The translations under genes were made by a program, and so were the position numbers. Shown here piece by piece: positions 9,496 to 20,678 of a DNA stretch of 64,000 bases. The stretch is from Escherichia phage 215Ecol030PP, in the sequence record PP328843.1. One strand, 5' to 3'. The notes under the pieces were generated by a model. It was given only the letters and a program-made list of their open reading frames with translations. It made no database searches and was not told the DNA's origin. Positions within the stretch are counted from its first letter, which is position 1. Each line of letters opens with the position of its first letter.

Positions 9496-10815
9496 TCATA
9501 CATAAAATACATCATAACGACCACGGGTAACACCAACATAAAGAAGTTGTTGAGCTAATTCAGCATCTGCATAATGAATACAAGGCGTATAAATGAAAGC
9601 ACGGTCTACAGACATACCCTGAGCTTTATGGAATGTTGATGCAGGAAGTGCTTTCACTTTACTGAACTGTGATTTAGCATCCCAAAAATCGCTCCATGGG
9701 GCTTTTCCGCCTTTATTCCAATTTTTATAAGTTTCTGCCGTTTTACCTAAAAATAAATTAAACTTATATAGCTCTTCATCAGATGAAATTATTTTAATCT
9801 TTTCACGATAATATTCATCATCGCCGTAAGTTTCTACTGTTAAATCCCAATGACGAATTAAGTATTCTCCAGAAACACCACGAGCTTTAACAAAGGTTGA
9901 TGTATACTCTGCTTCTATAATACGAACTAATTGTCCGTTATTAAAAATAATTTCTGACACAGGCTTTCCATCAATTTTATATGTTTTAATTAATGGTTCC
10001 TGCATTACAATAATTTCACCGACAATAAAATCTTTATCAGTTTCAAAAATCTTTTTACGAATAATGCTATTTAACTTATCAACAGATTTATTCGTAAATG
10101 CCATTACGCGATTTTCAAACAAATCATCTAGAGATTTGACGATTGAAAAATAATTTACCATAAAATCGCGTAAAGCGGTATCACCAGTAAATCCACGTAC
10201 TCCATGCCCGTCAACAACTTTATCATAAATCCACTTACCGTTACGAACGTCAGTAGCTACATCAATAATAGGAGCATTACTGCGTTTAACTTCAGTGAGT
10301 TCACACTGATAAAAATCTTTATGTGTAAAGAATGGACTGATATAAGCAGTATTTTCTCCTGGGTCAACAGGTCTAATTTGCTTATTATCACCTATTCCAA
10401 TTATAGTACACCACGGCGGGATAGTTGAAAGCAGAATTTTAAATAGCTTTCTATCATACATTGACACTTCGTCGCAGATTAATACCCTGCATTTAGCTAA
10501 ATCTGGTACTTCCTTCTGTTCAAAAAGAACATTTTCTTCATATGTTACTGGGTTAATTTTAAGAATACTATGAATAGTACTCGCTTCTTTCCCTGATAGT
10601 TTTGAAAGAATCTTTTTAGCTGCATGAGTAGGAGCTGCTAAAATAATACCAGTTTCACCCGTAGATATTAAAGCTTCAATGATGAACTTGGTAAGAGTAG
10701 TCTTACCAGTACCAGCAGGTCCATTAATAGTTACATGATGTTTCTTTTCTTTAATAGCCCTCATAACGATGTTAAAGGCATTTTTCTGGCCTTCGGTCAA
10801 ATCATCAAATGTCAT
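9496..10815 (-). CDS. dda: Dda DNA helicase (SF1B), 439 aa
   Basis: Walker A GPAGTGKTT; ATG at 10813-10815; size matches T4 Dda. Confidence 0.92.
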   Translation of the reverse strand: MTFDDLTEGQKNAFNIVMRAIKEKKHHVTINGPAGTGKTTLTKFIIEALISTGETGIILAAPTHAAKKILSKLSGKEASTIHSILKINPVTYEENVLFEQKEVPDLAKCRVLICDEVSMYDRKLFKILLSTIPPWCTIIGIGDNKQIRPVDPGENTAYISPFFTHKDFYQCELTEVKRSNAPIIDVATDVRNGKWIYDKVVDGHGVRGFTGDTALRDFMVNYFSIVKSLDDLFENRVMAFTNKSVDKLNSIIRKKIFETDKDFIVGEIIVMQEPLIKTYKIDGKPVSEIIFNNGQLVRIIEAEYTSTFVKARGVSGEYLIRHWDLTVETYGDDEYYREKIKIISSDEELYKFNLFLGKTAETYKNWNKGGKAPWSDFWDAKSQFSKVKALPASTFHKAQGMSVDRAFIYTPCIHYADAELAQQLLYVGVTRGRYDVFYV

Positions 10816-11123
10816 CGTAAATTCCCTGCAATTGGTATACTAACAATACGCCCAGTATCTAAAATTCGCTGATATAATCTTTGCGTGTCTACGTCAGGCT
10901 TAACATGTTTAACTTCTATTTTATTAAACCAAAATTTACGTGGAGTCTCAACTAATCTTGGAATTCCCTTACCTAAAGCTAGTCGATACTGCTCTTTAAG
11001 AGTAGTAAATACTTTATCAGCAATATTCCATTCAAAAAATACAGCAGGACGATGTTCATCAAGCGGAACTGGCGCCGTAAATCCGTCTTTGTCTCGGTAA
11101 ACTATCGCATATACATAAACCAT
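10812..11123 (-). CDS. hypothetical protein, 103 aa
   Basis: ATG at 11121-11123; ATGA overlap with dda start. Confidence 0.55.
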   Translation of the reverse strand: MVYVYAIVYRDKDGFTAPVPLDEHRPAVFFEWNIADKVFTTLKEQYRLALGKGIPRLVETPRKFWFNKIEVKHVKPDVDTQRLYQRILDTGRIVSIPIAGNLR

Positions 11124-11124
11124 A

Positions 11125-11871
11125 TTATCCTCGGATAAGTTTAAAAATTGAACAATTTAGCGGGTATCCTCTTTTCAGTTTAAGTTTATCAATAAAAGAC
11201 AAATTTTGATACCGCTCTACACCTTGAATAATTTTATCACACATATCATATTGCATTTCTGCTTCTGACAACTTTTTCACAGTTTTCCAATCCGAACCTT
11301 TAAGAAGAACGTTCAGTTTAACAACTTCAGCGCCTTCTGCTATGCGAGAACCATCAATACGTGCTTTAAGTGCTATAATCCTTAGCTTAATGTCAGAGGT
11401 CTGTTTTGATTTAGAAAGCTGAGAAATGTGTTCAATTCGGTTTTCACGTTTTTTCTGTATAGCTTTAATTTGATTATAAGTCTTTTTGATTTTAGCCCAT
11501 TTCTTTTCATCTAAATTTAGTTTATGAACTTTTTTCGCAGATGAACGACCAATTCGCAAAGCAAACAAATCACGCTTTTCAATCAACTCTTCTAAAGTAT
11601 AATCAGAACGAAATGTATTATACTTTTTCTTTACTGCAATAACATTCCCTTTAATGTATCCAACGTTATTATCAAAACGTTCTAATGATAATTTCTCTCC
11701 TTCAATACGATTATCAAAAGGTTCTCCCGAGTAAGCACAAACTTTCTGATCTAAAATGTTCTTAATGTAATTGAAGTCTAAGTTAAAATCTTTAGAACGT
11801 CTTTTTGCAGATGCCTGAGTATGCTCTAAACGACGTTTAATTTTACGAATTTGATTATTAGACAGTTTCAT
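11125..11871 (-). CDS. Srd-position basic protein, 248 aa
   Basis: Lys/Arg-rich ORF; assignment to T4 srd is by position and size only. Confidence 0.55.
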   Translation of the reverse strand: MKLSNNQIRKIKRRLEHTQASAKRRSKDFNLDFNYIKNILDQKVCAYSGEPFDNRIEGEKLSLERFDNNVGYIKGNVIAVKKKYNTFRSDYTLEELIEKRDLFALRIGRSSAKKVHKLNLDEKKWAKIKKTYNQIKAIQKKRENRIEHISQLSKSKQTSDIKLRIIALKARIDGSRIAEGAEVVKLNVLLKGSDWKTVKKLSEAEMQYDMCDKIIQGVERYQNLSFIDKLKLKRGYPLNCSIFKLIRG

Positions 11872-11994
11872 ATTTTTCTCACATCTTACGGACGGTTAAC
11901 TACTTATACTATAACATTTTTACCTTAACTTGTAAACAACTTTATGTAAAAATGCTTTAAAACTTTCATGGTATAATGAATCTAAGTCCTTCCA

Positions 11995-12597
11995 TTATAG
12001 ATTAAATCCTTCAAAATCAAGAGTATAGATAGTGTATGTTGAACACTTTTTATACTCATATCTATCTGCAATTCTAAATACACTTCCAGCTGGTATCATT
12101 ACTTCTTGTTCATCTGAAACTAATTCCATATTACGATAACGATGACTATCCGGAAACTTAAAGTTTGGATTGTATTCTTTACAGCGTAGAGCTTTTATAG
12201 CATACTCCTGGAAATTGAATACCATAGGAGCTTTGAATTCAAAAATAACTTGTGTGTTATACTCTAAACCGGAAGCAAAATGTAGAGCTATATTTTTATC
12301 ATATGAAGCTGATACGACTTTATCAAATGTAATAATATCAATTCCTTGATTTAACACCTGCTTAGTCTCAGCTGGAACACCTCTCCAAAGAGGTTTATCG
12401 TTTGGTTCCAAACGAGATTTGATTATTTCATTTAACCAAGTATGGTCATCTGGTTTATTAGTAATACAATGAATTAAAAGTTCAATTTCAGATAAATTAA
12501 ACCCTTCAGAAAGTAATTCTTCACGAATAGAAGCACGCACCGATGCATCCATTGATTTTATTTTAAAATCTTTTAGTTGCATTACTGAGTATTTCAT
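11995..12597 (-). CDS. modA: ADP-ribosyltransferase ModA, 200 aa
   Basis: Size and position match T4 ModA; paralogous to the adjacent upstream gene. Confidence 0.7.
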   Translation of the reverse strand: MKYSVMQLKDFKIKSMDASVRASIREELLSEGFNLSEIELLIHCITNKPDDHTWLNEIIKSRLEPNDKPLWRGVPAETKQVLNQGIDIITFDKVVSASYDKNIALHFASGLEYNTQVIFEFKAPMVFNFQEYAIKALRCKEYNPNFKFPDSHRYRNMELVSDEQEVMIPAGSVFRIADRYEYKKCSTYTIYTLDFEGFNL

Positions 12598-13217
12598 TCA
12601 ACTACCTCAATATCATAAACTTTAAATGTTCCAAATGAATCGTGTAATTTTTCTTTTGAAATAGAAGTTATTCTATACTTTCCAATTGGAATCATCCATT
12701 CTTGTTCACGCACAATCATCATTAAGTTATCAGTACGCTCTGAATCTAGCCCATCAGTATCTTCATACGTGTACTTAAACTCAGTATTAGGAGAAGAAAG
12801 TATAATATCGCTGATATGGTCAGAATAATTAAAAGCTTTATCAGTTTTTAAGCGAAATATTATTTCAGTGAAATACTCAACATAAGAAAAACCACATGCT
12901 GTGTGCAAACTAGTAGTAAATGAATCTACTCTGTTCGTTGAAAACACTTCTCCGACTTGTAAATCTTTAATGAGTTCTTTTGTCGATTTTGATATACCAC
13001 GATATAGCTGATAAGGCGATTTAGTTAAATGCTTTTTAACGATTTTATTCAACTGCCGATGAAGAGCTTCATTCTTTTTGGCTTCCATACACTGCCAAAG
13101 AACTGACTGTTCAAAGTCAGTAAATTTTTCACAGACTTTTTTATACATATCATATTGAAAATCAACGCTTTCAGCTTTTATAGATAACTGTTCAACATCT
13201 GTAAGATTAATAATCAT
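12594..13217 (-). CDS. modB: ADP-ribosyltransferase ModB, about 207 aa
   Basis: Paralog of ModA; probable ATG at 13215-13217 with GGAGG SD (track start 13229). Confidence 0.7.
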   Translation of the reverse strand: MIINLTDVEQLSIKAESVDFQYDMYKKVCEKFTDFEQSVLWQCMEAKKNEALHRQLNKIVKKHLTKSPYQLYRGISKSTKELIKDLQVGEVFSTNRVDSFTTSLHTACGFSYVEYFTEIIFRLKTDKAFNYSDHISDIILSSPNTEFKYTYEDTDGLDSERTDNLMMIVREQEWMIPIGKYRITSISKEKLHDSFGTFKVYDIEVVE

Positions 13218-13284
13218 GATAGCCTCCATATACTTCAGAAGCTATCATATCATCGTTAGAAAGGAAAGTAAACAACTTTTTGAA

Positions 13285-13467
13285 TTATTTTGCCCAGGGA
13301 GCCCAAGGCGGAGGGTCAAGATGGTATGAAGCTAGTTCTTCTAGAAGAGCATCTGGGGCTTCAATTCCATAATTCTGTAATACTATACGGTACTCTTTCT
13401 TATAATCACTAGAATCATTCTGGTTATTCGTAGAATGATTATCTTCTAACATCTCAAATAAATCCAT
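13285..13467 (-). CDS. hypothetical protein, 60 aa
   Basis: ORF in gene train. Confidence 0.5.
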   Translation of the reverse strand: MDLFEMLEDNHSTNNQNDSSDYKKEYRIVLQNYGIEAPDALLEELASYHLDPPPWAPWAK

Positions 13468-13475
13468 ATTAATTC

Positions 13476-13946
13476 CTAGCGATAAAAACCAAATTGACGA
13501 TTAGCTTCAATAATCTTTCTTTCTTCTTCGGACATTCTCCAGCGTAGTCCAACATCAAAATGGGCCCAGACCATCTTAACAAATGCATTTATGTCTTTAA
13601 TATCTTCAATGATGAATGTTTTACTTTTAAAAGGCTGACTCGCTAATTTAACTTTATCATCTTCAAACAGGTCAAAAAGACCATATTCATGAGCTCTTTT
13701 ATAGCCTTTAATAGTTAAAGCTTCAGAAGAAGAAAACGGTGAATCAGTATTCTGCAAAATATCTTCAGTATGCTTTATAATTAGAATAATATTTTCTGGA
13801 TATTTTCTTTCTTTTATATCTTTAATTAAAAAATCCGGATTTTCTGCTAAAGGAATAATTAATGAGCATTTTTTATCAAGTGTATTTACTGATTTACCTT
13901 CTTTAGACATGAATTCTACTGAATAATGTTTTGCTACTTCAATCAT
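13476..13946 (-). CDS. hypothetical protein, 156 aa
   Basis: ATG at 13944-13946. Confidence 0.55.
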   Translation of the reverse strand: MIEVAKHYSVEFMSKEGKSVNTLDKKCSLIIPLAENPDFLIKDIKERKYPENIILIIKHTEDILQNTDSPFSSSEALTIKGYKRAHEYGLFDLFEDDKVKLASQPFKSKTFIIEDIKDINAFVKMVWAHFDVGLRWRMSEEERKIIEANRQFGFYR

Positions 13947-14103
13947 GTGATTTCCTTTTGCCTACTAATGGACCATCGGGAATTTTGTTTTCCTGGATAT
14001 ATTTCTCATTTTCTTCCATCATTTTACTGCCAATTTTAAGAAGCAAATCCAGTGCTTCATTTGCTTTTGCTTTAGCCTCTTCTAACGTTATATCTTTGTT
14101 CAT
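13939..14103 (-). CDS. small hypothetical protein, 54 aa (not in ORF track)
   Basis: Own translation [54 protein letters not shown]; ATGA stop/start overlap with upstream gene. Confidence 0.45.
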   Translation of the reverse strand: MNKDITLEEAKAKANEALDLLLKIGSKMMEENEKYIQENKIPDGPLVGKRKSHD

Positions 14104-14303
14104 GATTTATCACCATAGATGTCTCTCATCAATTTAAGCGCTGAGCGTTCTAATTTCTTTTCTTTCTCAGCACTAATCATTGATTTCATCCATTCTTCCG
14201 ATTCGTTCTGCATTTCTTTATTTGCTTGTTCAACCCAACCATCGTCAATATACATTGAGTTTGGTCTATTGAACCATTCAAGAATCTTCTTGGGAGCTTT
14301 CAT
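14100..14303 (-). CDS. hypothetical protein, 67 aa
   Basis: ORF in gene train. Confidence 0.5.
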   Translation of the reverse strand: MKAPKKILEWFNRPNSMYIDDGWVEQANKEMQNESEEWMKSMISAEKEKKLERSALKLMRDIYGDKS

Positions 14304-14775
14304 TTATTTTACCTAAAACAATAGTAGGAGCATCGTCAAATTTATGAATTTTTAGTAAATTTGGATTTAACTTATTCCATAAAGAGGTAATAAAATATGA
14401 TAGCGCACTTTCGTCCGTAATTATAAATTTATTTCCTTTATCTATTTTCCAATCATATATTGAATCATATGAATAGAAGGATAACGGTTTATTATTATAA
14501 TATGCTTCACTAACATCAATATAGTTAGATTTAGTAAATGCTTGAATTGCCATAAATGGAGAATTTTGTACAGTTTCAATAATTCCGATCTTTTTAAGTT
14601 TTATTTCAACATCTTCTGGAATTGGCATTGAAATAAAATCTTCTACTAGATACATGTTATTGTCATATCTTTTATCAATCATTACTGCTACGGTAATTGG
14701 AACATCCTTGACAAACGCCATACTAATACTATTGATAAACATTTCAAACAAAATTGCTTCCATAATTTTCCTCAA
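14278..14775 (-). CDS. hypothetical protein, 165 aa
   Basis: ORF in gene train. Confidence 0.55.
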   Translation of the reverse strand: MRKIMEAILFEMFINSISMAFVKDVPITVAVMIDKRYDNNMYLVEDFISMPIPEDVEIKLKKIGIIETVQNSPFMAIQAFTKSNYIDVSEAYYNNKPLSFYSYDSIYDWKIDKGNKFIITDESALSYFITSLWNKLNPNLLKIHKFDDAPTIVLGKINESSQEDS

Positions 14776-15113
14776 TCACAAGATGTAGATGAACAACTAG
14801 AATCACAAGAACTTCCACATGAATCACCTGCCCATACGTGAACAGGAACATTTGTATCATATGAATCAGAACTAGACTGTGTTTTCTGTGCATTAGATGA
14901 TGTAGTAGGTGTTGACCAGCGCCAAGGATTTTTATAATATTCTTGGGCTTCTTCATAAGTCATAGTAACTGCTTCTACTGTTCCATCTCCCATATAAACA
15001 TATTCAACTACAGTTAAAGGAAGGTAGTCATTTGAAATAGGAACTACACCTTCTCCGGGAGTTGTAGAGAAAAAATCCGTAAAGAAACTTTTAAACCAAT
15101 TAAAGATAAACAT
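14772..15113 (-). CDS. hypothetical protein with Cys/Ser-rich C-terminus, 113 aa
   Basis: C-terminal [15 protein letters not shown]. Confidence 0.5.
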   Translation of the reverse strand: MFIFNWFKSFFTDFFSTTPGEGVVPISNDYLPLTVVEYVYMGDGTVEAVTMTYEEAQEYYKNPWRWSTPTTSSNAQKTQSSSDSYDTNVPVHVWAGDSCGSSCDSSCSSTSCD

Positions 15114-15319
15114 TACAAAAAGCCTCTTTTGAATTCGACTTGCTTCTCACCATAATCATATCGAATTTCTGCATTAAATTCGACAGAACCATCTGCGTAC
15201 ATCATAAATGAATGCACAACAACTTCTGTAGACCATGGTTGTAGTTCATATTTCTTCATTACATGCCGTGAAATGATAATATCTAAATCTTCATTCGGTT
15301 TAATCCAACGATTTAACAT
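15113..15319 (-). CDS. hypothetical protein, 68 aa
   Basis: Early promoter upstream at about 15340-15378. Confidence 0.5.
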   Translation of the reverse strand: MLNRWIKPNEDLDIIISRHVMKKYELQPWSTEVVVHSFMMYADGSVEFNAEIRYDYGEKQVEFKRGFL

Positions 15320-15380
15320 AGCGCTCTCCTCTATAAGATAATTCTATTATACCATACTCATTTTGGAAAGTAAACTGCAA

Positions 15381-15409
15381 AAACGAAAAAAGGACTCCCG
15401 AAGGAGTCC
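15381..15409 (-). terminator. intrinsic terminator downstream of soc: GGACUCC-UUCG-GGAGUCC plus U6
   Basis: Plus strand aaaaaa ggactcccgaaggagtcc at 15386-15409, 9 nt after the soc stop codon. Confidence 0.6.
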
Positions 15410-15417
15410 TTGAATTA

Positions 15418-15663
15418 TTAACCACCAGTTACTTTCCACAAATCTTCGTTTGCAGCAATCCATTCAGTACGCTGATTTTCTTCATATACAGTAGTATATG
15501 CTGCTTTTTCTGAAGGGAACGTCTGGTAATGAGCACCAGAAATTTTGTGAACGTCAGAATAAAGAGGGAAAGCTACTGAAATTTCCTTTCCTTCAATTTT
15601 CTTATTTCCATCTAATTTCTGCTCAAATGTTTTGATATTAACATAACCGCGAGTACTAGCCAT
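15418..15663 (-). CDS. soc: small outer capsid protein Soc, 81 aa
   Basis: Sequence MASTRGYVNIKTFEQKLDG... recognised as T4 Soc; ATG at 15661-15663. Confidence 0.9.
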   Translation of the reverse strand: MASTRGYVNIKTFEQKLDGNKKIEGKEISVAFPLYSDVHKISGAHYQTFPSEKAAYTTVYEENQRTEWIAANEDLWKVTGG

Positions 15664-15696
15664 GTAATTCTCCTTTTATTTAAATTACATGATTAT

Positions 15697-16371
15697 TTAT
15701 ACATCTTCTTTTCTGAATAAGTAAATTAAATTCTTAAGAGCTGAACTTGTTACATCATATTTTCCTTTAAGCGCCTTTACAACCGGGCCTGTTGCTGGTT
15801 TACCTAAAGAAACCCATAACTCGTGTATTTCGCTTTTAAGTGGTTCATGCCAATGCGGTGCTTTTCTTTGCGCCCTTGAAGTTCCTTCTGAAATCTTTTT
15901 ATTTCCGCCATTCGAATAAAACTTTTTCATTACTTCAGATTGCCGAGCTTTTCGTTCTGCTCTATTTTGGGCTATACGTTGTGAATTCTTCATCCGAGTT
16001 TTTGTTTCAGGGTTGTTTAATCTAAGTTTATGTTCTAATCGTTGTTGCTCAGTCCATTTTCTTCCTTCTCCACCCTGACCACCAGGAGAAATATTAATGC
16101 AAGTATCTGGGTGTTTACGTTTTAATGCAGATATTAGCTCGCGTTCAACTTCATATGATTTTTCTCTAGAACCATGGCATTTTGACCAACGTATTTTATA
16201 ATTAAAACCATACTTACGATATATGTTCCATAGTATTTTGCCTGAACCCGGATATTTATCATCATATGGATTTGCAATAAATGATTCATGTTTCCCAGCG
16301 TACCAAAAGACGCCTTTCGGCGTCCTAACTTTTACTATATATGTTCTATAAAATTTTTGTTTAATACCCAT
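15697..16371 (-). CDS. segF: GIY-YIG homing endonuclease SegF-like, 224 aa
   Basis: GIY-YIG core (YIVKV ... WYAGKH); free-standing next to gene 56; ATG at 16369-16371 (track start is an upstream TTG). Confidence 0.75.
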   Translation of the reverse strand: MGIKQKFYRTYIVKVRTPKGVFWYAGKHESFIANPYDDKYPGSGKILWNIYRKYGFNYKIRWSKCHGSREKSYEVERELISALKRKHPDTCINISPGGQGGEGRKWTEQQRLEHKLRLNNPETKTRMKNSQRIAQNRAERKARQSEVMKKFYSNGGNKKISEGTSRAQRKAPHWHEPLKSEIHELWVSLGKPATGPVVKALKGKYDVTSSALKNLIYLFRKEDV

Positions 16372-16879
16372 TATCTTGACGTTCAAAATTATGTTTATTT
16401 TTCAAATAATAAAGTTTAAAGATTTCTTCCGCATTCATTCCAAGGCCAGCAAACATATTTAATACGAAATGAAATATATCCACAAGCTCAAATTTAATTT
16501 CGAGCTGATCTTCTGGGGACATTTCATCAATGCGTTTTTCTTGCGCTTCAATATAACGTGCTTTCCATTTTTTCCAAACTGCCGATGCATCTTTTTCACC
16601 ACGTGACATTTCACCAAGAGAAGTCAGAAGTTCGCGGAATTCATCGTCAATGCAGTCTTTTTGTTCACGCATCCAAGAAACAACATCACCTGCAGTAGCC
16701 AAATCATCAGGATGACGGTTATATTCAGGTTTATCTTTAGCTAAACGAATCTGCAGAGATTTCTGCATGTCAAGCATTACCTGCAGCGGGTCTTTTTCAT
16801 CACCGAGAATATCCCAATATTCATTTTGAGCTTTATCAGCGCCTTCGATCAGTTGACTACATTCGTTAAAGTAAGCCAT
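16361..16879 (-). CDS. 56: dCTP pyrophosphatase gp56 (MazG-like dCTPase/dUTPase), about 172 aa
   Basis: MazG-type NTP pyrophosphatase; ATG at 16877-16879 with AAGGA SD (track start is an upstream TTG). Confidence 0.85.
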   Translation of the reverse strand: MAYFNECSQLIEGADKAQNEYWDILGDEKDPLQVMLDMQKSLQIRLAKDKPEYNRHPDDLATAGDVVSWMREQKDCIDDEFRELLTSLGEMSRGEKDASAVWKKWKARYIEAQEKRIDEMSPEDQLEIKFELVDIFHFVLNMFAGLGMNAEEIFKLYYLKNKHNFERQDNGY

Positions 16880-16939
16880 TATTTTTCCTTTCAATTCATC
16901 AATAAGTTAAATAATTATATCATTTGAGTATGTAAGCAA

Positions 16940-17728
<789 letters not shown>

Positions 17729-17829
17729 TCATTTATTGCAGCAAAAATGAATTATATAATTCTTCATCATATGTATTTGATAGTAATACTAACACGTTTT
17801 GCGATAAATATTAATTTAAAGGAGGACAT

Positions 17830-18030
17830 ATGGTACAAAAATTAATGGCACTTGTTGATGCCATAAAAGGTAATAAGAAACGTATAGCTTTTACTATTTC
17901 TGCTATGATAGGAATTTTACTCTGGAACTTTATTTTATCACCTGTTGCAATTGCACATGGTATTAATATTCCAATAGTTACTCTTGATACATTCGTAGAT
18001 TTAGCATTTGCTTTAGTTGGGTTAATTTAA
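17830..18030 (+). CDS. plus-strand small membrane protein (two predicted TM helices), 66 aa
   Basis: Only plus-strand ORF outside minus-strand coding sequence; strong SD AAAGGAGGA at 17818-17826 then ATG at 17830; hydrophobic segments. Confidence 0.4.
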   Translation: MVQKLMALVDAIKGNKKRIAFTISAMIGILLWNFILSPVAIAHGINIPIVTLDTFVDLAFALVGLI

Positions 18031-19055
18031 ATCTTAGCATATTTAGATAACCGCATTTTAGCCATCAACCCCTGGGCAATATTATTTTTCATATATTCCA
18101 TAATTTGTTCAGGGGTTGCACCTTCCTTTCTAATCATATCATTGACGTCTTTTGATTTCCAGGGAGATTTATCCCAAAACATAACCCTTTCTCCTGCATC
18201 AACTAATTTAGTCATTCGTTTAATAGTGTCAGGGTGACGAGGTTCATTATCTAAAACCCACACTCGTCTATCTTTAAATGGAACAACTTCTAGGTCTAAT
18301 TGACCACCCGTAATAGCTATACCATTTTCAATAAAAAGCGAATCTATAGGTCCTTCTAGAACATATACATCGCCATCTTTAACTCGTTCAACTCCATAGA
18401 TTTTTGTTGCCTCAGGATAAGCTTTAATGGTGATATATTTTTGAGGAGCATCTTTCTTTAATGCGCGTCCTTGAAAAGACTCAGCCTTTCCGTCAGCATT
18501 ATAAATTGGAATAACAAGACGAGGCTCAGAAATTTCCTTTTTGTATGTTCCCGGTGCGATGCTATTAACTAATTTAGGCCATTCGGTTGTAAACCAAAGA
18601 TATTTCCATTTATCCTTTGGAATACAACGAGCTTTTACATATTTTATAATTGGATGGTCTTCCGCCAGTTTATCTAATCTAACACATGACGGAAGAGATT
18701 TAATTATTTTCTTCTCAGGTTGTTTAGGAAGTTCTTTAGGTTTTTCTACTGGACGACTTTTACCTTTTTCTTTTCTTATTTCAAAGATATACTCACGATA
18801 TAAATCAGGTTCAAACTCCTTTAAATATATTCCGATTGGTACGTGATAGTTACAGTTATAACAATGAATATTTCCTTCATTATTATCACCATAATACCAT
18901 CCACGAGCTTTATTCTGATCGGTTTTTGAATCTCCACAAACGGGGCATCTAAACCGCAATTTAAAAGTTGAACTATTATTTACTTGTGTGAATTTAGGTA
19001 AATGAGCCAATGCACGATACGCAAACTCATTATCAATCCAAGGTATTGATGACAT
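18027..19055 (-). CDS. 61: DNA primase gp61, 342 aa
   Basis: N-terminal zinc ribbon CPVCGDSK...CYNCNYH and Toprim domain; ATG at 19053-19055. Confidence 0.92.
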   Translation of the reverse strand: MSSIPWIDNEFAYRALAHLPKFTQVNNSSTFKLRFRCPVCGDSKTDQNKARGWYYGDNNEGNIHCYNCNYHVPIGIYLKEFEPDLYREYIFEIRKEKGKSRPVEKPKELPKQPEKKIIKSLPSCVRLDKLAEDHPIIKYVKARCIPKDKWKYLWFTTEWPKLVNSIAPGTYKKEISEPRLVIPIYNADGKAESFQGRALKKDAPQKYITIKAYPEATKIYGVERVKDGDVYVLEGPIDSLFIENGIAITGGQLDLEVVPFKDRRVWVLDNEPRHPDTIKRMTKLVDAGERVMFWDKSPWKSKDVNDMIRKEGATPEQIMEYMKNNIAQGLMAKMRLSKYAKI

Positions 19056-19057
19056 TT

Positions 19058-19222
19058 TTACTCTTCTTTTTCTTTAGATTCCTCTTTTTTCTTTTTAGGA
19101 ATCTGTTCAGGACCTTTATTTACTACAGCACCTGATGTTGTTCCAGTAGAGATATTTTCAGGATTACCACCTGAATCTCCAGCAACCATATCTTCTTTAA
19201 TAAATTCTTTATATGTTTTCAT
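19058..19222 (-). CDS. small hypothetical protein (61.1 position), 54 aa (not in ORF track)
   Basis: Own translation MKTYKEFIKEDMVAGDSGGNPENISTGTTSGAVVNKGPEQIPKKKKEESKEKEE; fills the gap between two genes. Confidence 0.45.
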   Translation of the reverse strand: MKTYKEFIKEDMVAGDSGGNPENISTGTTSGAVVNKGPEQIPKKKKEESKEKEE

Positions 19223-19223
19223 A

Positions 19224-19868
19224 TTAACCTCTATTCATAAAAGCATTAAAAATTTGGTCATCAATAGAAACATTTACTTTAGACTGTTTTTCTGCTGGTA
19301 ATTCGTATCCACACACTACAATTTTTTCATCGATATCAAAATATACAGAAGCAATACGATTAATGTTATTTTCAGTTAAGTCTAAATCAACATCAACATC
19401 TTTTTGATCTACACTTAAAGGATAACTAATGCGGGTTATTTTATTATCTTTAACAAAGAGTCCGCCAACATACTCTGTACTACGTTTGAAGTTTACACGT
19501 TTCCGAATTGAAAGATATGATACATCTTTACCGTGAGCTCGGCTCATAGGACATAATGAATAGCTAGAATAAGAGATGTCAAATCCTACACCTTCAATAT
19601 GAGCCAACGCGTCATGATTAAACCAATTATAATCATATGCCAAATCCATTATATTGTAATATGTGAAAGGCACAGGATTAACATCATATGTTGTACCTTT
19701 AAAATCTGCCCAGGCAACGATTTCGTTATCTTTAACAATTACAAAAATTACACCAATATGATATCCGTTATTATTTTCATTCGGCGTTATATTATAACAT
19801 TGTGCATCAGGAAATTTACCGTATTTAAACGGTGGATTTTTGTGCATATAATAAATCATATTATTCAC
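19224..19868 (-). CDS. hypothetical protein (61.2 position), 214 aa
   Basis: ORF in gene train. Confidence 0.55.
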   Translation of the reverse strand: MNNMIYYMHKNPPFKYGKFPDAQCYNITPNENNNGYHIGVIFVIVKDNEIVAWADFKGTTYDVNPVPFTYYNIMDLAYDYNWFNHDALAHIEGVGFDISYSSYSLCPMSRAHGKDVSYLSIRKRVNFKRSTEYVGGLFVKDNKITRISYPLSVDQKDVDVDLDLTENNINRIASVYFDIDEKIVVCGYELPAEKQSKVNVSIDDQIFNAFMNRG

Positions 19869-20154
19869 CTGTGATTTCGGTTACGATATTTTTGTTATTA
19901 AAGTTTTTATCGCAATACAGAACATAATTATACTGCATTACACCACCAGACTTAAGCTGTTTTTGTACTTCAGCTTTCATTTCAGGACGATCGCGCTCAA
20001 CGATATTCATAATATCCGCTTCAATTTGAGTTTCAACTTCAGTCTGATCCGCAGTCATAGACCATTCACACAAATCTTTATCATAACCTGCCATAGCAGG
20101 CTGAGCAGCACAAGAAGCTAAAGCAAAAATTGTAGCAAAAATAAATTTTTTCAT
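19861..20154 (-). CDS. sp: Spackle periplasmic protein Sp, 97 aa
   Basis: Signal peptide MKKFIFATIFALASCAAQPAMA; size and position match T4 sp. Confidence 0.8.
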   Translation of the reverse strand: MKKFIFATIFALASCAAQPAMAGYDKDLCEWSMTADQTEVETQIEADIMNIVERDRPEMKAEVQKQLKSGGVMQYNYVLYCDKNFNNKNIVTEITGE

Positions 20155-20214
20155 GATAATCTCCTCAGTAGTTTATGTTTATATAGTATCTCAATTTCCA
20201 ACAAAAGTAAATAG

Positions 20215-20472
20215 TTATTTTAAAACTTCTGCATAATCACATGTTACAAACTGTTTCTCTAACTTAACGATCTTACGAAAATATCTTTTGCATTGACGAA
20301 TCTGCCTCTTCGTAGGACGTACAGCAAACTTAATAAATTCCACTCGACCAAATGGAGGACTTTCTTCTGCTGGAATATCTAGCACCAATTCCCATGTATC
20401 TGCAATAAGTGCTTTGAATTGCGTATTTTTCCTGACGTTATATGGAGTAGGTTTAAATAAAACAATATGCAT
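20215..20472 (-). CDS. hypothetical basic protein (61.4 position), 85 aa
   Basis: ORF immediately upstream of dmd; this position is, from memory, where a ToxN-inhibiting factor has been reported in T4 (not verifiable here). Confidence 0.55.
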   Translation of the reverse strand: MHIVLFKPTPYNVRKNTQFKALIADTWELVLDIPAEESPPFGRVEFIKFAVRPTKRQIRQCKRYFRKIVKLEKQFVTCDYAEVLK

Positions 20473-20473
20473 A

Positions 20474-20656
20474 TTATCCTCGGCAATCTACTTCACATAC
20501 TTTCTTGTCATCAATGAAAGCTTTAACTAATGCTTTATTAACTTCAGCATATTGAGTAGTAGCCCATTGAACGTCATCTTTCATCATTGTGATTTCTTTA
20601 GTAAACATGCTTTCATTCTTAAACCACCCCATAAAAACTACCTTTACCAATTCCAT
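20474..20656 (-). CDS. dmd: Dmd, discriminator of mRNA degradation (antitoxin against RnlA/LsoA), 60 aa
   Basis: Sequence MELVKVVFMGWFKNESMFTKEITMMKDDVQWATTQYAEV... recognised as T4 Dmd; SD GAGGAG upstream. Confidence 0.85.
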   Translation of the reverse strand: MELVKVVFMGWFKNESMFTKEITMMKDDVQWATTQYAEVNKALVKAFIDDKKVCEVDCRG

Positions 20657-20678
20657 AACAATCTCCTCATTTAACCAA

